The translations under genes were made by a program, and so were the position numbers. A DNA stretch of 50,418 nucleotides from a bacterium (GTDB lineage: Bacteria; Patescibacteriota; Minisyncoccia; Phycocordibacterales; UBA9973), in contig JBBCGN010000006.1 of assembly GCA_037200905.1 (NCBI GenBank), forward strand, positions 1 through 50,418. The letters run 5' to 3'. Below the pieces are notes generated by a model. The model was not told the DNA's origin. It was given only the letters and a program-made list of their open reading frames with translations, and searched no databases. Below are positions 11,196-20,719 of the stretch, in pieces (position 1 is the first letter of the stretch; every line of letters begins with the position of its first letter).

Positions 11196-13818
11196 ATGGA
11201 AGAAAAAGTGACGGTACAGACGCCCTGGTTTTTCCCGAGCGACGAAGTCCTGCGCAAGCTGCGCACCTCGCCCGACGGCCTGTCCGAAGAGGAGGCGGCA
11301 AAGCGCCTCGCGCGCTTCGGCAGCAACGATTTCCGGAAGAAGAGCGCCATCAGCATCCCGAAGCTCGCCCTGAAGCAGATCATGAGCCCGCTCATCTTCA
11401 TCCTCATCGGTGCGGGCATCCTGACGGCCGTGCTCGAAGAATGGTCCAACACCGCGGTCATCGCCGCCGCCGTGCTCGTGAACGTCGGGCTCGGGCTGTA
11501 CCGCGAATACCAGGCGGAAAATACCCTGGAAAAGCTCGTCACCTATATCAAGGACCGCTCGCGGGTGATGCGGGGGCGGGAACGAGCGGGAGATAGAATC
11601 TTCTCTCCTGGTGCCCGGAGACATCATCAAGCTCTCGTACGGTTCCCGCGTGCCGGCCGACGCCCGCATCATCTCGACCAACAATTTCAAGATCGACGAA
11701 GCCATCCTGACCGGAGAATCGGTGCCGGAAACGAAGACCGCCGAGTCCCTGGCGGAATCCGCGCCCATGGCCGACCGCCTGAACATGGCCCACGCCGGCA
11801 CCCTCGTGGTGGAAGGCTTCGCCGCGGCAGTGGTGGTGGAGACGGGCAACAGGACGGAGATAGGCAAGATCGCCGACATCGTCTCCGGCACCGAGCGCGC
11901 GGTGACGCCCATCCAGAAAGGCGTCAATCAGCTCTCGTGGTACATCTTCATCCTGACCATGCTCATCATCACCGGCATTTTCGTTCTTGGAGTTTTCCGC
12001 GGGGAATCGGTGCTCGAGATGCTCATCCTCTCGGCGGCCGTGGCCGTGGGCGCCGTGCCGGAATCCCTGCCCATCGCCCTGACCATCATCCTCGCGGTGG
12101 GCTCCGACCGCATCGCTTCCAAGAAGGGCATCGTGCGCAAGCTCGCCGCCGCGGAGACCCTCGGCTCCGTCACCCTCGTCATGACCGACAAGACAGGCAC
12201 GCTGACCAAGGCGGACATGCAGCTCGTGGGCATCGACACATTCGACATGCTGCGCGCGGGGACGTACGCCGAGCCGGGCCTCGCGAGCTTGTCTCCGGAG
12301 CAGAAAGCCGTCCTCGCCACGGCTTTGCAGAATATCGACATCATCGTGCAGAATCCCGCCGGTGCCGAAAAGGACTGGAAATTCGTCGGGCATCCCTTCG
12401 AGGTGAACATCGCCAAGGCTTCGGTAGCGCATGGCATCCCGCTCGGCAAGGCCTTGGCGGAAAAGAATCCGCTGCATATCCCGTTCAATTCTTCGCACAA
12501 ATTTTCCGTCTCGAGGCAGGGGAACGATCTGGTCATCATGGCGCTCCGGACATCCTGCTCGAGCGCTCCGACGTGGACAAGGACACATATGTAAAGGTGC
12601 TCGGGTGGATAGAGCGGGCGAGCGAGGGCGGCAAGAGGCTGATCGCCGTCGGCACCCTCAATACCGAAAAGGCCGAGGATGTGCAGGTCGATTCTATCCG
12701 GCACATCGCTTTCTCCGGCATCCTTTCTTTCTTCGATCCCGTCCGTCCGGAAGTGCCCCTCGCCATGAAGAATATCGAAGGGCACGGCGTGAAAGTCGTC
12801 ATCATCACCGGCGACCTCAAGGGCACGGCCGTCTCCGTGGCGCGCAGCCTCGGCTGGACCGTCGCCGATGACGAGGTCCTGACCGGAGAGGATATCCATG
12901 CCATGACCGACGAGCAGCTGCTCGGAGTGATACGAGGGATTAAGATATTCGCCCGGGTGACGCCGGAAGACAAGCTGCGCATCGGCAACCTGTACCGCGC
13001 GCAAGGCGAAGTGGTGGCCATGACCGGAGACGGCGTGAACGATTCTCCGGCCCTGAAGGCCATGGGACATCGGCATCTCTCTCGGCTCCGGCAGCGACGT
13101 GGCCCAGAGCGCCGCCGACCTCGTCCTCCTCGACGACAATTTCCAGACCATCAGCATGGCCATCGACGAGGGCCGGCGCATCCTCGCCAACATCCGGAAA
13201 GTCTTCGTGTACCTGATGTCGAACGCCCTCGACGAAGTCTTCGTGGTGGGCGGCAGCCTGCTCCTTGCGCTGCCCCTGCCGCTCACGGCCTTGCAAATCA
13301 TCTGGGTGAACCTCTTCACCGGCAGCCTGCCGGCCCTGTCCTTCGCCTACGACGAGAACCTCGACCGCGGCGTCCGCAACAAGAAGCTCTTCAAGAAAGA
13401 ACTGCTGACCACGGAGGTGAAAGTGCTGTCCTTCGGCCTCGGCACCGCGAGCTCGCTACTGCTCTTCTTCCTGTATTGGCTACTGCTCCAGTACCATGTC
13501 GACATAAAGGTCGCCCGCTCTGTCTTCTTCGTCTGCTTCTCGATCTACGTGCTGGTGATCGCCTTTTCCTTCCGGAGCCTCTACAAGCCGCTGTTCTCCT
13601 ACAATCCCTTCTCGAACAAGAAGCTCAACATCGCCATCGCGAGCGCCGTGGCCATCCTCGTGGCCACCATGTGCATCCCGCCCGTGCGCAATCTCTTCGG
13701 CATCGCGCCCATGCCGCTCTCCTGGCTGTGGCTCGTAGTAGTGTGGATGGTCGTGAACGTGGCCTTGGTGGAGATCGCCAAGCGGATATTCCGGATGAGG
13801 ATGCGCTCGTCGGGATAA
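11196..13818 (+). CDS. P-type cation-transporting ATPase (type II-like), frameshifted
   Basis: DEAILTGES, AVGAVPESLP, DKTGTLT phosphorylation site, ITGD, FARVTPEDK, MTGDGVNDSPALK. Confidence 0.95.
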
Positions 13819-13911
13819 AAGCCGGCCACCGCGAGACGCTGCCATTGACTTTTCATGATAAACATGCTAACATATAAAGCGTAACGAGTTTTTAACAAAA
13901 TAAATATAACA

Positions 13912-14123
13912 ATGAAAAAAGCATTATTGATCGCGAGCCTCATCGTTCTCGTGTACGGCATCTCTACCAAGGACGGATTCTCATCAAGTATGGCCTGATA
14001 GTGTTCATCCTGTGGATCATGGTTGCACTGATATCCCGCAGCACTGCGCCCAAGCACGGACGATCTTCCGGTTCCTTGGACCAGTATCTCGATCGTTTGA
14101 GCAGCAAGAAGAAAGAGAGTTGA
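13912..14123 (+). CDS. Small membrane protein, frameshifted
   Basis: MKKALLIASLIVLVYG..YGLIVFILWIMVALI..KKKES* after a TTGACT promoter. Confidence 0.4.
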
Positions 14124-14224
14124 TAGTTGATGCCTTGCGTCTCGCGACCCCCCGAACCTGAAATACATGTATTTCAGGTTTTTTATGTGCGGCCCATGGC
14201 GGGGTAGGGCATGGTCTGCTGATC

Positions 14225-14266
14225 GGTGAAATGAGCTTGTATTCCAAGGCTGAAAGAGCATATTGA
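14225..14266 (+). repeat. Distal fragment of the tRNA-Glu-linked att-like repeat (copy G')
   Basis: CAAGGCTGAAAGAG[C/T]ATATTGACTTTT shared with 15013-15039. Reads GEMSLYSKAERAY*. Confidence 0.55.
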
Positions 14267-14333
14267 CTTTTATTTAAAATATGATATACTATATAACGTA
14301 ATCCCGATTTTTCACAATTAAATATATCGCCTC

Positions 14334-14933
14334 ATGGATCGCATTATTTCTTCCCTCGGAATGATCGCAGGAGTGATTGCTCTTATGGCATTTATTCCTT
14401 TCATTATTGCAATTCTGTCGAAAAAAGCTAAACCGAGTATCATTACCTGGACCACGTGGGCCATCGTCAACTTGTTGCTCTTAAAAAGCTATTACGATAG
14501 CGGAGCGCATAATACTCTTTGGCTGCCGATTACTTTTTTCACAGGAGACGTGATTATCTGTCTGCTTTCGCTCAAATACGGAGAAAAGATAATCACGAGG
14601 TTCGATAAGATATGCATTGCGCTTACCGTGCTCAACATTCTCGGAATAGTATTGTTTTCGTACGACAAGCATGCGGTGCTGGCGCTGTCAGTTATCACCT
14701 TGTTTGTCGGAGGATTGCCAACGGTCAAAAAATCTTGGCTACGCCCTCAAAATGAGAACAGATTAGTATGGTCGATGTTCACAGTCGCTGCAGTTCTCAA
14801 TCTTCTTTCGATAGAAGATTGGTCGCGATGGGAAATCATTGCTCATCCGCTATACGTATTCCTTATCGATGTTGGCGTTGCCACGATCCTTTGGATCAAA
14901 CGACACAAACAACCTGCAATTGTTAAATCGTAA
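14334..14933 (+). CDS. Multi-pass membrane protein with PQ-loop-like internal repeat
   Basis: Intact ORF, two similar halves (P..IIAIL..K.KP..TW and PTVKKSW..P..E...W), own promoter and terminator. Confidence 0.7.
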   Translation: MDRIISSLGMIAGVIALMAFIPFIIAILSKKAKPSIITWTTWAIVNLLLLKSYYDSGAHNTLWLPITFFTGDVIICLLSLKYGEKIITRFDKICIALTVLNILGIVLFSYDKHAVLALSVITLFVGGLPTVKKSWLRPQNENRLVWSMFTVAAVLNLLSIEDWSRWEIIAHPLYVFLIDVGVATILWIKRHKQPAIVKS

Positions 14934-14981
14934 TCGCGAAATCCTTAAAGCCCCATCCAGATATGGGGCTTTTTTATTTTT

Positions 14982-15034
14982 GTGACCCGTCGCAAGGGAA
15001 TATGCCGAAATACAAGGCTGAAAGAGTATATTGA
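14982..15034 (+). repeat. Internally deleted att-like repeat (copy G)
   Basis: GTGACCC core then AGGGAATATG. Reads GNMPKYKAERVY*, with the TGA inside a TTGACT box. Confidence 0.65.
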
Positions 15035-15102
15035 CTTTTATAAATCAATATGCTATAATATACATAAGAAAACAATTTTTTGACAATCAAATACACACAA
15101 TC

Positions 15103-15682
15103 ATGAAAATCAGCACTTTCTTTTTCGGAACTGCAATCATCGTTTTTTCTTCTTTTATCGCTTCATGCGGAGACTCTGAAGCCACAATGGCCATGCGCGC
15201 CAAACAGATTGCGGAGGACAGCATCGCGAAAGCGGCCGCAGCCCTTGCGCAAGCCAAAGCTGACAGCGCCGCCAAAGCCGAAGCTGCGATTACGGAATTG
15301 GTACCTGAAACTATTTCTGTTACAGAAGTAACAAGTACGAAATCCTCCAAAGAAGAGTTCAATAACGAAGGCTTGGCGGAAGTTAAAGCATCTTTCGGCA
15401 TTCACATCATTGCCGCAGGCAAAGCCTATGACGTGCAGGTAGAAAATGAAGACATGAATCACGAAGGCGGTAGCATTGAGAAATACGAAGACATGGACAA
15501 GCCCATCGCAGAAACTCACAAGCTCCGCGCCGGACATCCTTTCCAAGAATGTCACGAACTTTATCCTGTCAATCAACGGCAAGAACGAAGTTAAATCCTT
15601 TATTATGAAGGAAGAGATGAGCGGTGAAGCGGGAAAAGTGGGCACATACAAGCCCGCCGTAGTGATATGGAAAGCCCGCTGA
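15103..15682 (+). CDS. Putative lipoprotein, frameshifted near 15535
   Basis: Signal peptide with IASC lipobox and Ala-rich linker. Confidence 0.65.
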
Positions 15683-15724
15683 TGCGCCGAGAGAATTTTG
15701 GTTAGTAATAAAATCCCACGTGGT

Positions 15725-15755
15725 AGCCGATCAGAATATTCTGATCGGCTTTTTT
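15725..15755 (+). terminator. Intrinsic terminator, perfect 26-bp palindrome
   Basis: AGCCGATCAGAATATTCTGATCGGCT plus T-run. Confidence 0.75.
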
Positions 15756-15843
15756 ATTCGGCATACGGGAATATTATTGACTTTTACTACATAGTATGAT
15801 ACTATGTATGCGAAATAATCTTTTTAAACTTAAACCCTAGAAC

Positions 15844-16372
15844 ATGATACACGGTATTTCGACAGGCAGGCCCGGAGCCACGCGCTTCAGCCTTCGCGGC
15901 ACGGTGCTTAAGCACGTCACCCACACGACCGGCTGGTGGATATTCAAAGAAACATTTTACGGCATCCAGATCCAGCTCGATGAAAAACTGTAAAGCTGTG
16001 CGAAAAGCAATTCGGTAAGATTTACAATGTCGACGGATTTGAGGCCTCTATAGCGGGTGTCGTCAGTGTATTTTTTCCGCAAGAGGATATTGAAGACAAA
16101 GGCTTTGCGCCGGAACCAATGTCGGTATCACTTTTGCGAAAAGCGGACCGCTTGAGCAGTTCTTTAAAGGATCAGAGATGGTGATGGTAGTAGATGTGGT
16201 AAAGATTAAAGACGGCGTTCGCCTTGAAAACGAGCCGCTCCTATCCAGCTTTCTCTCTTATGATCGGCCGCACCAGATTTTGACAACAGGACTAAATTCC
16301 TGTTGTTTTTCTATTTGTGATCCTAGCGGTGCAGTATTGGAATACTGTAGTAGGGAATATAAGGGGATTTAA
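15844..16372 (+). CDS. Hypothetical protein in fragments, running into repeat copy A
   Basis: TTGACT promoter at about 15777, MIHGISTG.. start, open pieces in several frames up to 16372. Confidence 0.35.
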
Positions 16373-16379
16373 GATATAG
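16317..16379 (+). repeat. tRNA-Glu-linked att-like repeat (copy A)
   Basis: GTGATCCTAGCGGTGCAGTATTGGAATACTGTAGTAGGGAATAT. Confidence 0.85.
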
Positions 16380-16437
16380 AAAAATAAAAAACTCGTCAAA
16401 TTTGACGAGCTTTTAGTCTTAGATACTTCTTTAGAAA

Positions 16438-16785
16438 TTATTTTCGTTTCTTAGCATCAATAGAAAAACGATATAATCCGTAGAGACGAAGCATGGGCAA
16501 TATACCATCTTGAGTTGGTTCTTTGGAAACCAGCATAACCTGTTTGTCTTTTAGGTTGTTTGCTATTTTCCATTTTTTGAAAAACTTATTCGCCTCACGC
16601 CAAAGATAACCTAGTTCTTTTTTAGTTATCTTATTTCGATCAACTGTGATTGTCGCCTTGCGATCAATAACTGTAACGCTTCCGTGCAAATTAAAATTGT
16701 TATCTGCAACGGAGAAAGAAAAATTTGCTTCCGTATTAGAGGGAAGTAGATAACGGAATAATCCGTCTTTTACTGTCTGTATCAT
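16438..16785 (-). CDS. Hypothetical protein (cassette gene)
   Basis: Intact 115-aa AT-rich ORF between copies A and B, with own TTGACA promoter and terminator. Confidence 0.65.
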   Translation of the reverse strand: MIQTVKDGLFRYLLPSNTEANFSFSVADNNFNLHGSVTVIDRKATITVDRNKITKKELGYLWREANKFFKKWKIANNLKDKQVMLVSKEPTQDGILPMLRLYGLYRFSIDAKKRK

Positions 16786-16858
16786 TTGAGCTTATTTTTT
16801 TGTTGAAGAATTTGATGTTCACCTTTAAAGTAGCACGAAATAAATTGTTTGTCAATTT

Positions 16859-16933
16859 GTGATCCTAACGGTGCTGAATTGGAATACTGTAGTAGGGAAT
16901 ATGTTTAAATGCAAGATTGAAACAAGCTATTGA
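16859..16933 (+). repeat. tRNA-Glu-linked att-like repeat (copy B)
   Basis: GTGATCCTAACGGTGCTGAATTGGAATACTGTAGTAGGGAATATGTTTAAA...TATTGA. Confidence 0.85.
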
Positions 16934-16996
16934 CTTTTCATATAAAATATGCTTTACTATATAAGTAAACAAGTTCTAAAACAAATCAATACAAAT

Positions 16997-17293
16997 ATGG
17001 AAAAAGAACCGTTTGAAGAAAGAATGGTCCGGGTCCAGTGGCCCGAAACGTTTATCGGAAGATGGGTGGCAACCACCCTCTACGGCACTCACATGGAAGC
17101 AGATGTCGTCATTGCAGAGAGTCCTTCCGGCGTCATGTGTTTCGAAAGCAAAGATCACGGCCTGGCCTATTATGAGACGAAAGAGGTAAAGTTAATGGAG
17201 ATAAAAAAAGATTATCCGCGGCTTTACATAAGAGTCTTTGTGTGTGGAAGTACGGAGGAGGAGTTGAAAGAGCGGAAACTCAAGACGGCATGA
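16997..17293 (+). CDS. Hypothetical protein (cassette gene)
   Basis: Intact ORF after a TTGACT promoter, with terminator AACCATCCC-aca-AGGGATGGTT at about 17315. Confidence 0.65.
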   Translation: MEKEPFEERMVRVQWPETFIGRWVATTLYGTHMEADVVIAESPSGVMCFESKDHGLAYYETKEVKLMEIKKDYPRLYIRVFVCGSTEEELKERKLKTA

Positions 17294-17436
17294 CATGATT
17301 GCTGTCTGCAGTGAACCATCCCACAAGGGATGGTTTTTTATTTTGTCCTGAGATAAGCATTTATTACCTGACCGGTCAGAATATTCTGGCCGGTTTTTGA
17401 TTTTTCCGGAAAAAATGCTATTATCATCATGTTTTT

Positions 17437-17512
17437 GGCCCTTATCGTCTAACGGTTAGGACACCGCCTTCTCAAGGCAGTAATCAGAGTTCGATTCTCT
17501 GTAGGGTCACCA
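17437..17512 (+). tRNA. tRNA-Glu(CTC)
   Basis: Cloverleaf, anticodon loop TT-CTC-AA, GTTCGATTC T-arm, encoded CCA. One extra T in the acceptor 5' strand. Confidence 0.92.
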
Positions 17513-17599
17513 TTTAGAGAGCGCTCGAGAAGCGTCAAGATAATATTCAGTAAGTCTGTATACTACGAATTTAACTGAAAAGAGATATAATTTGAAGAT

Positions 17600-18315
17600 A
17601 TGGAAAAATCACCCGAAGAGACAAAAAGGATTGAGGCCTCGATGGAATTTGTCGAAAAATACTACACCGACGACATTGTCGAGAGAGCGAGTCCTGAAAG
17701 CGTGTGGGCAGCGCAGTGGGCGACCTATGTAGACGAAAATCCGTGCTTGATGTGGCATGCGGCCCGCAATTCTATGATGACGCATTGGCATTTGCTCAAA
17801 TTCCGAAAAAGTTCGTAGGGGTAGACCTCAATGAGGCCAACATTAAATTTTTAAAAACCTCCTTACACCCCAATATCATTAAAGCCAAGACAGAGCTTGA
17901 AAGAAACGGGTCGCAAGTTGAATTGCTTGTACAAGACATTACGGCAAGGAAGCCTGAATTCGATAGACAGTTCGACTCGGTATTCGCATCAGGAATCATC
18001 GGCAATTTTGGCATTGCAGAAACTAAAGCAGTCTTACAAAACATCAATTCCTATCTCGCTCTTGGAGGCCAATTCGTCATGGTGAGTTGGGGAGATGATT
18101 ATCTGAGCAAAGAAAAGAGTGAGGAAAGAGAGGCATCTGGATGGTATCAAAAGCAAGAATTGAAGCCGGAAGATTATGCTCGCTTAATCAGCGAGGCCGG
18201 CTTTACAATAGAAAAGCAAGAAGTGCATGAGGTCGCGGATCCTAAAGAGTATGAATGGGGCTGCATATTCGGCTTTATAGCGAGGAAAACCGTAGATAAA
18301 GAATCTTCAAACTAA
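17600..18315 (+). CDS. Class I SAM-dependent methyltransferase, frameshifted
   Basis: SVLDVACG, VGVDLN, QDIT, FDSVFASG, LALGGQF. Confidence 0.85.
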
Positions 18316-18320
18316 TTACA

Positions 18321-18392
18321 CTAAACTATTTCCGCCTTAAATTTAAGCATATTCCCTATCAAATAGTTCCAATTCCGCACCGTTAGGCTCAC
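18321..18392 (-). repeat. tRNA-Glu-linked att-like repeat (copy C)
   Basis: Reverse strand GTGAGCCTAACGGTGCGGAATTGGAACTATTTGATAGGGAATATGCTTAAATTT. Confidence 0.85.
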
Positions 18393-18440
18393 TGATAGAA
18401 AAATAAAAAATCCCGCACAATTTGTACGAGATTTCATGGA

Positions 18441-18947
18441 TCAACATTTAATGCTTCTGACGCTCTCAAAAATAGAGTTCAGTTGTTCTGCTAATAAATC
18501 GAGCTCTTTTCTCTTTTGACTGCAATCTAGAATATCCTTTGGGTATTGGTCTATGTACTCTTGTATGAGCACAGTCATTCTTTCACAAAAAGGATTATAT
18601 CTTATGTACTGCATCAATTCAGAGGAACCAAATTCAGGAGAGGGATTGTTCTTGATACGAAATTTATCTTTAGAAATAAAAAGCACAGTTTGACCAAAGT
18701 CATTGATACTATAAGAACAATGTTTGATTCCCACCAATATGCCAAAGTCAATCAAGCTTTTTAGAAAAGTTCCTTTTTTATCATTAAGAACTTTTAAGAG
18801 GTCATTTCGTTTTGTTGTGATTGTTTCGAATAGTTTTCTTAACTCTCCATCTTTATCAGAGATAAGCTCTTGAATCTTCTCGATTTCATTTTGGGCGTTC
18901 GATAGATATTTTTCAGCATTCTCCAGACCATTAAAGATTTGTTTCAT
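18441..18947 (-). CDS. Hypothetical protein with coiled-coil N-terminus (cassette gene)
   Basis: Intact 168-aa ORF with own promoter and terminator between copies C and D. Confidence 0.65.
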   Translation of the reverse strand: MKQIFNGLENAEKYLSNAQNEIEKIQELISDKDGELRKLFETITTKRNDLLKVLNDKKGTFLKSLIDFGILVGIKHCSYSINDFGQTVLFISKDKFRIKNNPSPEFGSSELMQYIRYNPFCERMTVLIQEYIDQYPKDILDCSQKRKELDLLAEQLNSIFESVRSIKC

Positions 18948-19008
18948 ATTTACGATTTAAGTATTTGAAGAATTTATTTCTGTCCCTATAATATCATATT
19001 AATAAAAG

Positions 19009-19083
19009 TCAATAGGCTAATTCCTCTTTAAATTTAAACATATTCCCTACTATAAAGTTCCAATTCAGCACCGTTAGGGTCAC
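19009..19083 (-). repeat. tRNA-Glu-linked att-like repeat (copy D)
   Basis: Reverse strand GTGACCCTAACGGTGCTGAATTGGAACTTTATAGTAGGGAATATGTTTAAATTT. Core TAGGGTCAC is identical to the tRNA 3' end. Confidence 0.87.
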
Positions 19084-19266
19084 AAATCTTTTGAGAGAGC
19101 AAACTGCTTTGCTCTAGAAAAAATTTGTGAAGACGGAGGCATATGTTTGCAGTGGCAAACAAGCCGAGTCCGGGTCTGGAAAATTTATGAGCGACGGCGA
19201 GTAAATTATTGTGGATCACTGATAGAAAAATAAAACTCTGTAGGATTTCCTACAGAGTAAAAATAA

Positions 19267-19710
19267 CTAAGCCACTGCTGAACTAACTTCTCTAAAAGTA
19301 ATAGAAGTAAGATTCTTGAAAGGTACAATGAGGTAACTTTGAACATGGTTGTCTACTTCTTCTGAATCAATACCTATCATCTCGTCATTATCGAATTCTG
19401 TAATTACAGTATATTTTGCAGAATCTTCTATTGACGGAAGGATAAATAGAACGGAGCGCTCATCTACTGCATACTTTCTCTTCTTGCCTTCAGGGTCTGC
19501 AACGGCATACATATCAATAGCTTGCGCGATCTTGTACTCGTGTGTACCTGGTTTTCCCTTGAGCTCGTAACTGAATATTATGCTCACGACAAAGTTACTT
19601 CCTTTTCCAAAAAGTTCACTGATCTTGTCCATCCAAAATATCGCCAATTGCTCATTATCATTGGTATCTGTTGGCTTTTTAATGACAATTCCATTATTTT
19701 CAGTATTCAT
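19267..19710 (-). CDS. Hypothetical protein (cassette gene)
   Basis: Intact 147-aa acidic ORF with terminator CTCTGTAGG-attt-CCTACAGAG. Confidence 0.65.
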   Translation of the reverse strand: MNTENNGIVIKKPTDTNDNEQLAIFWMDKISELFGKGSNFVVSIIFSYELKGKPGTHEYKIAQAIDMYAVADPEGKKRKYAVDERSVLFILPSIEDSAKYTVITEFDNDEMIGIDSEEVDNHVQSYLIVPFKNLTSITFREVSSAVA

Positions 19711-19796
19711 TGTTAAGGTTTTATGTGAATGTGCAAATTTGTTTACTATTAGACTTTATAACATATTTATGAAAAATCAATAGCTTTTATGAAAAA

Positions 19797-19871
19797 TCAA
19801 TAGCTAACTCCTCTTTAAAATTTAAGCATATTCCCTACCAGATAGTTCCAATTTTGTATACAAAGGGTCAC
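19797..19871 (-). repeat. tRNA-Glu-linked att-like repeat (copy E)
   Basis: Reverse strand GTGACCCTTTGTATACAAAATTGGAACTATCTGGTAGGGAATATGCTTAAATTT. Confidence 0.8.
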
Positions 19872-19899
19872 CTTTAACAGCTCGCACGAGAAGCGTATT

Positions 19900-20346
19900 T
19901 TGGAACAAAAAGTAGTACTTATCATTGGATTGCCTGGATCAGGAAAAACCACCTACATTGAACAGCATCAAGACATGTTTCATAATTTTGTCGTCTGTGA
20001 CGATTATCACAAATCAGCGCTGCAAAAATCCCGAGCATTCAACGACAGCATTTATTACAATGGTGTGCGAACGGCTCTTCTATCAGGCAAGAGCGTTGTC
20101 ATGGCCGACATCGCCTGGTGTAAATTTGAGCGCTTGGACATAGTAACTAAGGGGCTCCAAGAGCTTTGTAAAGAACTGAAAATAAATCCACCGATAGAAT
20201 TTCTTTATTTTGAAAACAATCCAGAAGCATGCAAAAGAAATGCGGTACACCGCGGGAGAAAAGAACGAGTCGATCGGGAAATAGAGTTTATTGATAAAAC
20301 CAGCAACAATATCGCATTCCAAACGAGGCTATTTCCATACAAATAG
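19900..20346 (+). CDS. P-loop kinase (AAA_33/nucleotide-kinase-like)
   Basis: IIGLPGSGKTT, VVCDD, SVVMAD, CKRNAVHR lid-like motif. TTG start, 3' end uncertain. Confidence 0.75.
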   Translation: MEQKVVLIIGLPGSGKTTYIEQHQDMFHNFVVCDDYHKSALQKSRAFNDSIYYNGVRTALLSGKSVVMADIAWCKFERLDIVTKGLQELCKELKINPPIEFLYFENNPEACKRNAVHRGRKERVDREIEFIDKTSNNIAFQTRLFPYK

Positions 20347-20454
20347 TCGATGCACGACAAGGGTCGGAATGATATACTGGAAAGGCACTAATTAATATTT
20401 CTATTAAAAAAGCGTCCTTATAACAAGGACGCTGGTTTTTGGATTTTTAGACAG

Positions 20455-20670
20455 TTATGATATTTTTCGGTTTCTGTATGCCATTGCTGACATTTGTTGG
20501 TCATTTTCTATCCCGTCCCTGATGGTGCTGTCAAAATCAATACCGTCGCTCACGATGCCGGAGAACTTTTTGTTCCTGTTCGTCTGAGCGTGCTGATACA
20601 TTTTTTTGACCTTACCGGGAAGCTGTTGGGCTTTGGTCATCAGCTTTCTAGCGCTGTTTCTTAAATTCAT
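20455..20670 (-). CDS. Small hypothetical protein
   Basis: 71-aa ATG ORF followed by a hairpin at about 20410. Confidence 0.4.
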   Translation of the reverse strand: MNLRNSARKLMTKAQQLPGKVKKMYQHAQTNRNKKFSGIVSDGIDFDSTIRDGIENDQQMSAMAYRNRKIS

Positions 20671-20719
20671 GCGTTACGTTTTTCAGTTGAGAAATTTGAT
20701 TACAGGATATTGTACTGCC

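Noticed and set aside
17437-17450. Non-canonical acceptor stem in tRNA-Glu(CTC)
   Set aside because: A single extra T relative to the paralogue fits the background indel rate.
16317-19871. CRISPR array
   Set aside because: Copies are diverged, occur on both strands and are separated by whole genes of unequal length. No cas genes are present.
14225-20346. Classical integron
   Set aside because: No intI-like tyrosine recombinase and no clear RYYYAAC..GTTRRRY attC hairpins. The cores match the tRNA-Glu 3' end instead.
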